64,000 nt of DNA from Spirochaetota bacterium. GTDB taxonomy: Bacteria > Spirochaetota > UBA4802 > UBA5550. Both the position numbers and the translations under genes were made by a program. The notes under the pieces were generated by a model. The model saw only the letters and a program-made list of their open reading frames with translations, ran no database searches and was not told where the DNA came from. This document shows positions 40,184 to 50,762 of this stretch, in pieces (within the stretch, counting starts at the first letter, position 1; every line of letters begins with the position of its first letter). The stretch lies in the NCBI GenBank assembly GCA_963663865.1, contig OY760686.1, positions 3,040,001 through 3,104,000 on the forward strand, in the 5' to 3' direction.

Positions 40184-41152
40184 TTAATGCCGCTGATTGC
40201 TGAAAACGTTCAGGTACTCTATACGCCATTTATCAACATCTATATCGGCAATGGCAACCAGTTTTTTTCGCTTATCACAGATCATATAGGTTTTTTTAAC
40301 TCCTGGAATAATCGAAATGACATCCTCACGGCTGAAAAACGCACCATTATAAACCCTCAAAACAGTACTGTCATCAATGGTTACGCTGCCAAATCCATGT
40401 AGCGCGGAAGCAGGCTCAATAACTGCCTCAGAATTGAAATTGCCTGATTCGAGTTCATCAATTGTTAGAGCCTTATCAACGGAAAATTCCCCTGAAGCAG
40501 TCCTTCTCAGACCGGCCACATACGCCCCGGTTCCCAGAGCCTTGCCGATATCGCCCGCGAGCGATCTTATATATGTTCCCTTTGAGCAGTGTACTTCCAT
40601 CTCAAACAGGCCGCTTTCTTCATCATAGCTCAATATCTCGAGACTGAATATTGTGATTCGTCTTTCAGCGAGTTTTACCTCCTTCCCGCTTCTGGCTATA
40701 TCAGAAGCCCTCTTTCCAGATATCTTGAGGGCGGAATATATCGGCGGTGACTGAAGGATTTCTCCCCGGAATGCCGAAGCAGCGGCTCTGACATCGTTCA
40801 AAGTCACTCCAGCGAATGGTGCCTCTGAAATAATGCTGCCCTCTGGATCAAGGGTATCGGTGGTCCGCCCAAGCTGAACTGAAGCAGTGTATTTTTTATC
40901 GCTGTCCAGGAAAAATCTGGTGAGCCTCGTTGCCGATCCGGTACAGACAAGCATGAGCCCGGTAGCGAACCGGTCGAGCGTACCTGAGTGACCTGCTTTT
41001 TTCTGGCGGGTAATCCGCTTTACCGCGTTGACAACGGCAGCTGATGTTATACCGGCAGGTTTGTCTACGAGAATTACCCTGTCATGACAGGGCAATGAGC
41101 CAGAGGCAAAACTTCTCACTATCTCAGTTTTCCTCTTCTTCTCCGGAATCAT
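40184..41152 (-). CDS. truB: tRNA pseudouridine(55) synthase
   Basis: DKPAGITS, GHSGTLD, TDTLD, PPIYSALK, CSKGTYIRSL. Confidence 0.96.
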   Translation of the reverse strand: MIPEKKRKTEIVRSFASGSLPCHDRVILVDKPAGITSAAVVNAVKRITRQKKAGHSGTLDRFATGLMLVCTGSATRLTRFFLDSDKKYTASVQLGRTTDTLDPEGSIISEAPFAGVTLNDVRAAASAFRGEILQSPPIYSALKISGKRASDIARSGKEVKLAERRITIFSLEILSYDEESGLFEMEVHCSKGTYIRSLAGDIGKALGTGAYVAGLRRTASGEFSVDKALTIDELESGNFNSEAVIEPASALHGFGSVTIDDSTVLRVYNGAFFSREDVISIIPGVKKTYMICDKRKKLVAIADIDVDKWRIEYLNVFSNQRH

Positions 41153-41504
41153 CGCCGGAATCCTTTACTCCGTCAAGCCCATTAATCAGGCCAACCATCT
41201 CAACACCCTCAGCGACGGATGCATCAAGAACAAAATAAATCCTGGGCACATGACGAATACCAAGCGCCTTTCCGACAAGATGCTGGATATAGCCAGCTGA
41301 TGAGCGCAGTCCCTCGAGACTTTTACGGCGCTCTCTGGGGGTTCCCAAAACGGATATCCCCACCTCGGCAGTTGAAAAATCCTTGCTGATTTTTACGCTT
41401 GTTATAGAAGCAAATCCGATTCTGGGGTCTTTAATTTCACGGATCATAATCTCTGAAATTAGACGCCGGATCTGCTCCTGAAGTTTATCTTTTCTGTAAG
41501 CCAT
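41124..41504 (-). CDS. rbfA: Ribosome-binding factor A
   Basis: IKDPRIG, SAGYI, RHVPRI.F..D.S; position after infB. Confidence 0.95.
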   Translation of the reverse strand: MAYRKDKLQEQIRRLISEIMIREIKDPRIGFASITSVKISKDFSTAEVGISVLGTPRERRKSLEGLRSSAGYIQHLVGKALGIRHVPRIYFVLDASVAEGVEMVGLINGLDGVKDSGDDSGEEEEN

Positions 41505-41514
41505 TATCTACCAA

Positions 41515-44127
41515 TTATAGTGTTTTTGCAAATTCAACAAGTTCGTATGTTTCAAAAACATCGCCTTCTTTGAGGTCATTGAAATTCTCAATAGAGAAGC
41601 CGAACTCCTGACCTGCCACCACTTCATTAACGTCATCCTTAAAACGCTTGAGGGACTTTAAAGCTCCGTCCTTTATGACAATCCCTTCCCTTATAATTCT
41701 GATTTTTGATTTCCTGTTGATCTTGCCTGAGAGAAGCAATGCACCGGCAATCGTACCGACTTTGGAAACCTTAAATACCTGCTTTATTTCACCGCTTCCG
41801 CCTTCAATCTCCCTTATCTCGGGAGCAAGCATTCCTTCCATAGCGGCCCGCACATCATCGGTTGCCTCAAAAATGATGTTATAGAACTTGATGGTGACAT
41901 TCTCTTTGTCCGCAATATCAGACACCCTTCCGGTAGGTCTGACGTGATATCCAATTATCAAAGCGTTAGATGCCGCTGCAAGCATAACATCCGATTCGTT
42001 TATGCCACCCGCACCTGAGTGAACTACATTGACTCTGACTTCATCGGTCGAAAGTTTCTCAAGGGCCTCTTCAAGCGCCTGTGCCGACCCGTCAACGTCG
42101 GCTTTTACGATAATATTAAGCTCCTGAATCGCGCCAGCCTTAATCATGTCGTTAAACGATTCAAGTGTGACCTTTTTAACCTTCTTGGCGGATTCGATCC
42201 GCTTGTACTCAAGCCTTTTGTTTGAAATCTGCTTGGCTGTCTTCGAAGTTTCAACGCATTCGAACGGATCACCGGCTCCAGGAACTCCCGAAATTCCAAG
42301 AATCTCAACAGGAGTAGAAGGCCCGGCCGATTGTATTTCCTTACCCTGATCATCAAGCAGGGCCCTTACACGGCCTGAGTACATCCCGACAACGAAATAA
42401 TCACCCACATGGAGCGTTCCTTTCTGAACCAGAACAGTACACAGAGGTCCCCGGCCGGGATCAAGTTTTGATTCAATAACTACACCTCTTGCCGCTATCT
42501 GGGGGTTTTCCTTGAGCTCAAGCATTTCAGCCTGGAGAAGTATCACCTCAAGAAGGCCTTCTATGTTTATCTTCTGCTTCGCGCTTATCTCAACAAAGAG
42601 TGTGTTACCGCCCCACTCCTCCTGAGTCAGCCCGTGATTGGCAAGATCATATTTAACCTTCTTAACATTAGCGTCCTCAAGATCAATCTTGTTTATTGCC
42701 ACAATAATAGGAACGTTCGCGGCCTTGGCATGACTTATCGCCTCAATAGTCTGAGGCATAACTCCGTCATTGGCTGCAACAACCAGAACAACAATATCAG
42801 TTATGTTTGCACCCCTCGCCCGCATAGTTGTAAAAGCTGCGTGGCCCGGTGTATCAAGGAATGTAATCTTTTTCCCGTGAATATCGACCATATACGCGCC
42901 GATATGCTGTGTGATTCCGCCGAACTCGCTTTCTGCAACCTTTGTTGTTCTAATAGCGTCGAGCAGCTTTGTCTTTCCATGGTCAACATGACCCATTACG
43001 GTAACAACTGGAGAACGGCTTACATAGTCGTCCGGATTTTCAGGTTCATCATGTTTAATAACAGTCTCATCGTATAGAGAGATTACTTTGACCTCAGTAC
43101 CATATTCATCGGCAAGAATAGAAACAGTGTCGGCATCAATGACCTGATTGATGGTTACCATCTCTCCGAGCTTCATCAGTTTAGCAATAACCTCGCTTGC
43201 CTTTACATTCAGCTTTTTAGCCAGGTCTCCAACCGTTACTGTTTCGGTTATCGATATACTCGAAGGAGTCACAATCTCCCGCTTCTGGAATCCGCCTGCT
43301 TTTTTTCTTATGTCTATGTTCTTCTCAGAGAACTTGTCACGGGTATATTTTTTCTTATCACGATCCTTGGTTGTATTCTTTTTCCTCTTCTTTGCCGGAT
43401 CACTGAATTCGGTTATTGAAGGCCTGTCATCTCCACCGCCTCTGCCGGCCGGCCCCGATGATCTTCGCTGTGGAGCCCCGTCTTTGTTGAAAGGAGATGA
43501 GGGTCTGGACTGATCAAAAGGCCTGTGCGTACTACCTCCCGGACCTCCTCCGGGTCTGCCGGGTCCTGTGCGGGGTCGTTGAGAATCGCCACCCGGTCTC
43601 GGCGGCCTTCCTCCTGTATCGTTCCGTCGGGGAGGCCTGTCTCCTGTGCCTGTACGGGGCCTCTGTTCAGTCGGCCGCGGTGGTCTCGGTCTGTCAGGGC
43701 GATCTGTCCGCCTTTGCTGATTGGCTCCACTCCGATCGGCTTGCGGAGCAACTTTTTCCTGCGAAGGAGCCTTAACCTCAGTGTCAGGAGCGGCTTTCGC
43801 GGCGGCAGATTCAGATACGGCTGTTTCAGATTGAGGCTTATCCGTATCAACTTTCTGCTGAGTAGAGGAGTCGCTTGCCTGAATCTCCTTAATCTCTTTG
43901 GATACGTGAACCTTTCTTTTCAGCTTAATCTTTTTACCATGTTTCACGTCTTCGGCTTTCTGAGCTTTTTTTGTCTTGATAGACTGTATCATCTTTTCAA
44001 TAAGAAAAGATTCCTGATCATTAACTTCCGAATCAGGACCCTCAAATTTAATGCCCAGCTCCCTGCAAACTCCCTTCAGGTCATCTTCGGAAACATGGTT
44101 GCGCATCGCGATATCAATTGCCTTCAT
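41515..44127 (-). CDS. infB: Translation initiation factor IF-2
   Basis: [40 protein letters not shown]. Confidence 0.98.
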   Translation of the reverse strand: MKAIDIAMRNHVSEDDLKGVCRELGIKFEGPDSEVNDQESFLIEKMIQSIKTKKAQKAEDVKHGKKIKLKRKVHVSKEIKEIQASDSSTQQKVDTDKPQSETAVSESAAAKAAPDTEVKAPSQEKVAPQADRSGANQQRRTDRPDRPRPPRPTEQRPRTGTGDRPPRRNDTGGRPPRPGGDSQRPRTGPGRPGGGPGGSTHRPFDQSRPSSPFNKDGAPQRRSSGPAGRGGGDDRPSITEFSDPAKKRKKNTTKDRDKKKYTRDKFSEKNIDIRKKAGGFQKREIVTPSSISITETVTVGDLAKKLNVKASEVIAKLMKLGEMVTINQVIDADTVSILADEYGTEVKVISLYDETVIKHDEPENPDDYVSRSPVVTVMGHVDHGKTKLLDAIRTTKVAESEFGGITQHIGAYMVDIHGKKITFLDTPGHAAFTTMRARGANITDIVVLVVAANDGVMPQTIEAISHAKAANVPIIVAINKIDLEDANVKKVKYDLANHGLTQEEWGGNTLFVEISAKQKINIEGLLEVILLQAEMLELKENPQIAARGVVIESKLDPGRGPLCTVLVQKGTLHVGDYFVVGMYSGRVRALLDDQGKEIQSAGPSTPVEILGISGVPGAGDPFECVETSKTAKQISNKRLEYKRIESAKKVKKVTLESFNDMIKAGAIQELNIIVKADVDGSAQALEEALEKLSTDEVRVNVVHSGAGGINESDVMLAAASNALIIGYHVRPTGRVSDIADKENVTIKFYNIIFEATDDVRAAMEGMLAPEIREIEGGSGEIKQVFKVSKVGTIAGALLLSGKINRKSKIRIIREGIVIKDGALKSLKRFKDDVNEVVAGQEFGFSIENFNDLKEGDVFETYELVEFAKTL

Positions 44128-44161
44128 TTATACTTTTATAATCCTCTGTAATATTTGACGA

Positions 44162-45490
44162 TCAGGATTCTTCCTCATCATCATCTTCTTCATCCCCGAA
44201 ATCAACTACCTCAGCAACGATGTCAAGAATCTTCTGAGCGGTTTTCCCGCCGATACCATCTATTCCCATCAGGTCATCCAAAGACTTCTCAACCAGGTCT
44301 TCAACAGAAAAGATTCCGCCATTTTCAAGCAGAGCCCTGGTTCTGGCATCAATACCCGGCAGCTCCTCAAGCGGGGTCTCGTCGTCGGCAGCATTGCTGA
44401 AAAGCTGCTCAATCATTGACCTTGATTCGGTTGAAGACAGGAACTCTCTGTACTGTTCTTCTGTTTTTATATCAATATCGAAACCGCACAACCTCGAAGC
44501 CAGTCTGACATTATGACCGCTTTTACCTACCGCAAATGAGTAGTGATCTGAGTCCACAACTGCGATTACTCCACCTTGAGCGGTTGTGACGATTTCCTTT
44601 ATTTTTGCCGGGACAAGAGCATTCTGGGCCATAATCCTTTTATCATCGAACCATTCGACAACATCTATCTTTTCCCCTTCAAGCTCTCTGACAATTGACT
44701 GGATTCTTATTCCCCGCATTCCAACACATGCACCCACAGAGTCAACATCGTCTCTTTCGCTGGCAACTGCAACCTTAGTTCTGAGACCCGGCTCTCTTAC
44801 AACTTTTACTATTCTTACGATACCGTCATATATCTCAGGAATCTCCATCTCGAAAAGCTTTTCAATAAATCTTGGATGCGCCCTTGAAAGAATGATACCC
44901 GGCCCTTTATTCGCCTTCTGCACCTTCAGAATGAGCGCCTTTACCCGGTCACCTGTTTTATAATGCTCAAGAGGCGACTGCTCTCTCAGAGGAAGAACGC
45001 CTTCAGTTCTTCCCAATTCGATATACATAGCATCTCTGGCTCTTCGCTGAAGATATCCGTTTATCAGCTCTCCTTCTTTTTCTTTAAACTCATCAAAGAT
45101 AATATTTTTTTCAGCTTCCTTGATCTTCTGAATAATGACCTGTTTAGCTGTCTGAGCCGCGATCCTGCCAAATGACTCAAGAGGATTTTCCTCTATAGGG
45201 ATAACGTCTCCCACATTCACATCCGGCATTGAGTCTTTTACCGCTGTATAGGCTATTTCCTCAGCCGGGCTGGTCGGGGTTTTTACGACCATTTTTCTGG
45301 AAAGCAATGACACGGTGTTTCCGTCTCTGTTAAATACCACTTTCACGTTGTCAGTGTTGCCGTACTGTTTCTTGTATGCTGACAACATTGCCGACTCAAC
45401 TATTTCCTCGATTTCTTCTCTCGGAATCCCCTTATCCGTGGCTATTTGATGCAGCGCCTCGAAAAAATTATTGCTCATTTTAGCTACCAT
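44162..45490 (-). CDS. nusA: Transcription termination/antitermination factor NusA
   Basis: FGRIAAQTAKQ, EIPEIYDG, GACVGMRG, GKSGHNVRLA; start at 45490 or 45478. Confidence 0.97.
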   Translation of the reverse strand: MVAKMSNNFFEALHQIATDKGIPREEIEEIVESAMLSAYKKQYGNTDNVKVVFNRDGNTVSLLSRKMVVKTPTSPAEEIAYTAVKDSMPDVNVGDVIPIEENPLESFGRIAAQTAKQVIIQKIKEAEKNIIFDEFKEKEGELINGYLQRRARDAMYIELGRTEGVLPLREQSPLEHYKTGDRVKALILKVQKANKGPGIILSRAHPRFIEKLFEMEIPEIYDGIVRIVKVVREPGLRTKVAVASERDDVDSVGACVGMRGIRIQSIVRELEGEKIDVVEWFDDKRIMAQNALVPAKIKEIVTTAQGGVIAVVDSDHYSFAVGKSGHNVRLASRLCGFDIDIKTEEQYREFLSSTESRSMIEQLFSNAADDETPLEELPGIDARTRALLENGGIFSVEDLVEKSLDDLMGIDGIGGKTAQKILDIVAEVVDFGDEEDDDEEES

Positions 45491-45491
45491 T

Positions 45492-45929
45492 TTAGTAATC
45501 AAGATTTGCTTGTATTATATCATCAAAAGAGAGAGAAATCTCTTTTTTTTCAGACTTTATAATCAATTCCCCGGAACTGGAGACATGGAAGATGCCTTTA
45601 ATAGTCTTCCGTCCTGCGCCTTCTCTAACGAGAACCCTTACCGGAGCGCCTTCAAAACGTTTGAATTCATCCGTTGATCTAAGCTTTCTGTTTATTCCAG
45701 GCGAAGACACTTCAAGGGTAAAATCCGGTAGATTGCCCTCCGCTTCGAGCAACTCCGTTAGGACGGTGCTGTATTTCTGGCAATCGGCGAGAGAAATACC
45801 ATTCTCACTGTCTATCCGTATCACCAGCTTTGCCGAGGCTCCTCCAAGCTGAACCGACGAATCGTATACCAGAAAACCCGTCTCAGCAGCAGCTGACTGG
45901 ATTAAATTTATTATTACGTCTTTTACCAT
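45492..45929 (-). CDS. rimP: Ribosome maturation factor RimP
   Basis: GISLADC, LEVSSPGINRKL; upstream of nusA. Confidence 0.93.
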   Translation of the reverse strand: MVKDVIINLIQSAAAETGFLVYDSSVQLGGASAKLVIRIDSENGISLADCQKYSTVLTELLEAEGNLPDFTLEVSSPGINRKLRSTDEFKRFEGAPVRVLVREGAGRKTIKGIFHVSSSGELIIKSEKKEISLSFDDIIQANLDY

Positions 45930-46354
45930 TTACTTCCTGAGTTTATCGACGGGCATAAAAACGATACAAAAAAAGAGCGGTTCCCCACTCACCTTGTCAA
46001 GTTGATATATGTTCCTATTAATTTCAAGTGTTTTTTAATATTATAAAATTCAAACCCACTGAATTCATGTTTATATCCCCCTAATCAGTCTCATAACCCC
46101 CAACTGCAGTCTTTTTTCATAAAACACTTGTCACAGCAAGATGCATTAAAATAATCATACACTTCAGGGTATGATATCCAAAAGAGTTAAAAAAAACAGA
46201 CCTTATCCGTTTATCCCTGTAAGCGTTTTTACAGGACAATCTGTATGTATATTCTGCTATATCAAGAAATTAAACCTACCATAAACTCTATTATAAACAC
46301 TTATGGTATAAAATAGAATTCAAATTTATTTCACTTCAGGGTTAAGTTGCGAAT

Positions 46355-48613
46355 ATGAACGATATGCTAAAGAATCTAAATGAAAACCAGCGAGCGGCAG
46401 TGCTTCACACCGAAGGACCGCTCCTTATTCTTGCCGGTGCCGGGTCCGGCAAAACGCGGGTTATCACAAACCGCATAATGCACCTTATTAGAGAGAAAGG
46501 AGTGCCCCCTTACAGAATCTTTGCGGTTACGTTTACCAATAAAGCCGCTGAAGAAATGAGAAACAGAATTACCGACCTGACAGGCCCGGAAGGCAAAAGC
46601 GTTTTTATTAAAACCTTCCACTCGGCGTCGGTTTATATGCTGAGGCGATTTGGCGAAACAATCGGCATTCCATCAAACTTTTCAATTTATGACGGTGCCG
46701 ACCAGGCCGCTGTAATCAAAGAAATCCTGTTAAACCTGAAACTTGATCCGAAAAAGATAAAGCCTGCAATGCTTGCTTCAAAGATTTCAGAGGTTAAGGA
46801 TAAAACCTCAGCTGAGGGGGGCGATCCATCCCTCCACATGCAAGATTCATTCGCGTTTGACTTTACTGAGATATACACAAAATATCATGAAAAGCTTGCC
46901 TCAAACAATGCCCTCGATTTTAACGACCTTCTTATAAAAACCGTCGAATTGCTTAAAACAAGGCAGGATGTTCTTCAAAGCCTTCAAAGGCAATGGCAGT
47001 ATTTCATGATTGATGAGTATCAGGACACTAATCACTCTCAGTATCTAATTGCGGGTTATCTGGCTTCTGCGGGTAAAAACATCTGTGTTGTGGGCGACGA
47101 TGACCAGTCTATTTATTCCTGGCGCGGAGCCGACATAAGAAACATCCTCGACTTCGAAAAGGATTATCCCGGAGCTAAAGTGATAACGCTGAGCCATAAT
47201 TACAGGTCTACCGAGCCGATTCTCAGGGCCGCCTCAAGCGTCATTTCCAACAACAGCCTCAGGAAAAAAAAGGAGATTATCGCAGCAAGGGGCGACGGAG
47301 AGCCTGTTGTCTGCTGTACCGCCGGCAATGAATATGCTGAGGCTGATTTTGTAGTCAATACAATAGTAACACTGAAATACAGGGAAAAATTCACCAATTC
47401 TGATTTCGCGGTTTTTTACCGCACAAACGCACAGTCAAGGATTTTTGAGGAGATGCTCCGCAAACAAAACCTTCCTTACAAGGTGATTGGCGGTTTAAAG
47501 TTCTATGACCGCAAAGAGATAAAGGACATAGTCAGCTACCTGAGATTCATTCAAAATACCAGCGATGAAGTGGCTCTTCAGAGGATTATCAACACACCGG
47601 CGAGAGGCATAGGAAAAGCGACTCTTGACAGAATACTTGAGACCGCCGCGTCTTCAAGACAGTCGGCATGGCAGGTCATAAAGTCGGGCTCGCTTACGGG
47701 CAGAATCCCTGCCGGCCTTGAATCATTCAGGAAGCTGATTGTAAACACAGAGGAGATGCTGAAGGATGTCCCCGGCTCGTTAAAGCTTTCTGCCTTCGTA
47801 AACGAACTTATTAACCAGAGCGGCTATAGACAATCTCTCCTTAACGAAAACTCTGATGAAAGCGGAGCGAGAATTGACAACATCGACGAGTTTATCAACA
47901 GCGTTTTTGAATACGAAAACGCAAATCCGGAAGCTGATCTCTCAAGTTTTCTTCAGGATATTTCTCTTCTGACTTCCGAGGACATACCGGATATAGAAGG
48001 CAGCGAAGCCAACGACAACACCGTAACACTTATGACAGTACACAACGCCAAAGGGCTTGAATTTCCCGTAGTTTTTCTGACAGGTATGGAAGAGGAAGTG
48101 TTCCCTCACAGGTTTTCCATTGACACTGAAGAAGGCATTGAGGAGGAACGCCGGCTCTGCTATGTTGGAATAACGAGAGCTATGGAGAGGCTGTATATAA
48201 CTACTGCAGAAATACGCCGCTCATTTCTCGGAGTAGAATACCGCCAGCCCTCACGATTTATCGGAGAGCTCCCTGAAGAATGCCTCGAATGGAAAAGGCA
48301 TCAGTCAGACTCCTTTCGCGGCACCTTTACCAGGATGCAGTCCGGTTCGGGATCAAGCAGATCTTTCCGCCGGGAGGCACCTGTCCAGCCCACAGCACAG
48401 CAGCCGGCCCACGCCCCTGCCCGGATCCACGCTGAATCCGCATCAAGCGATTCCAGCTACAGGCTCAGCGACAGGCTCATACACCCAAAATTCGGTATCG
48501 GAACTTTAATAAAAATCGAAGGCAGCGGTGATAATATAAAATTAACCATAATGTTCGGGACGACCAGGAAGGTTTTTCTTGAAAAATACACCCCGCTTGA
48601 AAGGGCTCATTAG
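46355..48613 (+). CDS. pcrA: ATP-dependent DNA helicase UvrD/PcrA
   Basis: LAGAGSGKT, TFTNKAA, DEYQDTN, GDDDQSIYSWRGA, HNAKGLEF, EEERRL, C-terminal HPKFG.G. Confidence 0.95.
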   Translation: MNDMLKNLNENQRAAVLHTEGPLLILAGAGSGKTRVITNRIMHLIREKGVPPYRIFAVTFTNKAAEEMRNRITDLTGPEGKSVFIKTFHSASVYMLRRFGETIGIPSNFSIYDGADQAAVIKEILLNLKLDPKKIKPAMLASKISEVKDKTSAEGGDPSLHMQDSFAFDFTEIYTKYHEKLASNNALDFNDLLIKTVELLKTRQDVLQSLQRQWQYFMIDEYQDTNHSQYLIAGYLASAGKNICVVGDDDQSIYSWRGADIRNILDFEKDYPGAKVITLSHNYRSTEPILRAASSVISNNSLRKKKEIIAARGDGEPVVCCTAGNEYAEADFVVNTIVTLKYREKFTNSDFAVFYRTNAQSRIFEEMLRKQNLPYKVIGGLKFYDRKEIKDIVSYLRFIQNTSDEVALQRIINTPARGIGKATLDRILETAASSRQSAWQVIKSGSLTGRIPAGLESFRKLIVNTEEMLKDVPGSLKLSAFVNELINQSGYRQSLLNENSDESGARIDNIDEFINSVFEYENANPEADLSSFLQDISLLTSEDIPDIEGSEANDNTVTLMTVHNAKGLEFPVVFLTGMEEEVFPHRFSIDTEEGIEEERRLCYVGITRAMERLYITTAEIRRSFLGVEYRQPSRFIGELPEECLEWKRHQSDSFRGTFTRMQSGSGSSRSFRREAPVQPTAQQPAHAPARIHAESASSDSSYRLSDRLIHPKFGIGTLIKIEGSGDNIKLTIMFGTTRKVFLEKYTPLERAH

Positions 48614-48749
48614 ACAAAATAATGAATTTTTTCACCGAATTTGCTCATCCAGGGAAAATTCTCTTCGATTAATTTGATTTTCCTCCGCGTTATTATTACT
48701 ATCTCCCGCTGGGTTTACGGGATTAGTAATTTCCAGCGGAGGAAGAATC

Positions 48750-49832
48750 ATGAAGCAGATACAATCCGTAAGGGACCGCAGTTCGTTCGGAAGAATATTC
48801 GACCGGGCTTTTTCCGACCGCAAGGTATTCATAAAGTGCCTGGACAGGAATGTTGAAGCAGGCTACTGCGGCTACAGTAAAGGCCTCATCTCGCTGACAT
48901 CTCCGCTTGATATTCCCGTTCCGCTCAGGACAGTAATCTTCACAAGGTCCGGCGACAGCCTCATTTTTGCCCACGCGTCGCTATGTATGTCAAAGGGAAA
49001 CCGGCATTGCCTTAATCCCTCCCTTATTCAGATAATTACTTCGCCAAGGAGTGGCAAAAGAGAATATATCGAACATCAGAATGGGCGTACAGCCTTCGCG
49101 ACAAATATACTTTCGTACAATGAGATTATCAGCAACATTGAAAACAGACGGGATATCATAGACGGCATAAGAAAACGAATATCATCAAGCTCAACATGCC
49201 CGTTTAAGTACATGAAGCTTTATTTTGCAGAGCAAAATGATACTGACCCGAGGATGAACTTCTTCCAAACCGCTTCATCCCCAATCCACATCAGAGACAT
49301 TCGGACTGTCTTCAGCGACAATAATGGAAGCGACACTGCTTACTATCTCTCGCAGGTACACCCTTACGATCAGCTTCTCTCTTCTGACAGGCGTTATGTA
49401 TCGGAGATATCCTATCCAATAACATTCAGAGGCTTTTTCGCGTACGGCTACATTCAGGCAAACGACATTCACCCGATTGAAGCGGACAGAATTAAACTCA
49501 TAGCAAAACTTGCAGAATTCATCGAAAGCGCATTCCAGGAACATGGCATAGTCAAACAGCTGCCCGACATGATACCCCTGACTGACGTCTCAAAACTCGG
49601 AATCGGAATCAGCTTTCCGGAGATATCAAAGACAAACCACTGCAAAGAAAACACATCAGCGGCCCTTGAAGTGATTCTTCCAAAAAACAGACGAATTGCC
49701 CTCTCAGGCAGCATTAAGCACATTGACATTCTCGGAAACAGCCGTGTCAATGTAGGACTTCAAATAACCCGAATGAACAGATCAAGCCGGGATGTTTACG
49801 ACCGGTTCCTTCGTTTTATGCGTATCGAGTAA
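48750..49832 (+). CDS. DUF1577-like PilZ-domain protein (putative c-di-GMP receptor)
   Basis: RxxxR (RSGKR), central GAF-like segment (SEISYPI..YGYIQ), C-terminal DVSKLG motif and VGLQI. Confidence 0.6.
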   Translation: MKQIQSVRDRSSFGRIFDRAFSDRKVFIKCLDRNVEAGYCGYSKGLISLTSPLDIPVPLRTVIFTRSGDSLIFAHASLCMSKGNRHCLNPSLIQIITSPRSGKREYIEHQNGRTAFATNILSYNEIISNIENRRDIIDGIRKRISSSSTCPFKYMKLYFAEQNDTDPRMNFFQTASSPIHIRDIRTVFSDNNGSDTAYYLSQVHPYDQLLSSDRRYVSEISYPITFRGFFAYGYIQANDIHPIEADRIKLIAKLAEFIESAFQEHGIVKQLPDMIPLTDVSKLGIGISFPEISKTNHCKENTSAALEVILPKNRRIALSGSIKHIDILGNSRVNVGLQITRMNRSSRDVYDRFLRFMRIE

Positions 49833-49948
49833 AAGCACTCTCCTTTCTTTGCTAAAGTCCGCATTAATTTGACACGACAATTAATTGATGTGAGATGATT
49901 ACAGGTCCGCAATATCGGCAGATTAATATTCCACCCCCGGAGAAAGAA

Positions 49949-50737
49949 ATGCATTCCCGTTCCATTCTATTTATATCAGCAGCGCTTATTCTGTCGTGCT
50001 CATCCGTATCAAAACCGGTAGTGAAGGACAAACCGCTTCCTCCAAAAGCCCTTGCCGGACTCGATGCCTTTTTTGAAAGATCGCGCAAGGACCTGGCTTC
50101 CGCGATACAGGTTGTCGTTACAGAAGACATGGTCAAAAACCTGAGCCACCTGCAAAGGATGGATTCGGGAGGCAAAAAGTTCTACCTGCTTGAAAGAGAA
50201 AACATATCAAGAATGATTAAGTCTGTTACCAGGGAGATATACTCCGACTTCATATTAATCAACAAACATGGTACAATTATATACACGAGACAAAATGACG
50301 ATATTTTTTCTAAAAACGTGAGGACTTCTCTCAAGGAAACAAAGCTCAAGAACTGTTATGACGCTAAAGACCTTGATGTATATTACTCCGACATAACCGA
50401 GCTTGAAAGCTTTTCGGGGAAACCAGTACTTCTGATTTCATCAAAAGCCTCCGGCGGGCAGACTTTCCCAGGTATTTTTGCTCTTCAGATCGATATTGAC
50501 AGTATAAGGGAATACCTTAAACCCGGCGAGGAAATCGTTGGGATGGACGGGAATTACCGCCTTCCTCTTGACAGCAAGCTGAGAAACAGTCCCTATCCTC
50601 ATTTCAGTCTGCTTGACATTGAAGGATGCAGAGACGGAGAAGCGCACCGCGTCTTAACCCCTGAAGACGTATCAATAGACTATCAATGCCGCAGGGACTC
50701 AAATCTTGAATGGATTGTGGTTAAGCACTCCCGATAG
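49949..50737 (+). CDS. Lipoprotein with a Cache-like sensory domain
   Basis: Lipobox ILS-C; YSDFILINKHGTIIYT...GIFALQIDID resembles MCP dCache domains; no second TM or signalling domain. Confidence 0.6.
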   Translation: MHSRSILFISAALILSCSSVSKPVVKDKPLPPKALAGLDAFFERSRKDLASAIQVVVTEDMVKNLSHLQRMDSGGKKFYLLERENISRMIKSVTREIYSDFILINKHGTIIYTRQNDDIFSKNVRTSLKETKLKNCYDAKDLDVYYSDITELESFSGKPVLLISSKASGGQTFPGIFALQIDIDSIREYLKPGEEIVGMDGNYRLPLDSKLRNSPYPHFSLLDIEGCRDGEAHRVLTPEDVSIDYQCRRDSNLEWIVVKHSR

Positions 50738-50762
50738 TTTTCCACATAGATAAATCTCCAGA

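Noticed and set aside
43413-44151. Alternative-frame ORFs over the infB N-terminus and many other short overlapping ORFs in the track
   Set aside because: Shadow ORFs of well-supported genes; the Pro/Arg/Gly-rich IF-2 N-terminus is a normal low-complexity region.
45930-46354. oriC-like AT-rich intergenic region
   Set aside because: Only degenerate TTATCC half-matches and no good DnaA boxes; explained as divergent promoters of rimP and pcrA.
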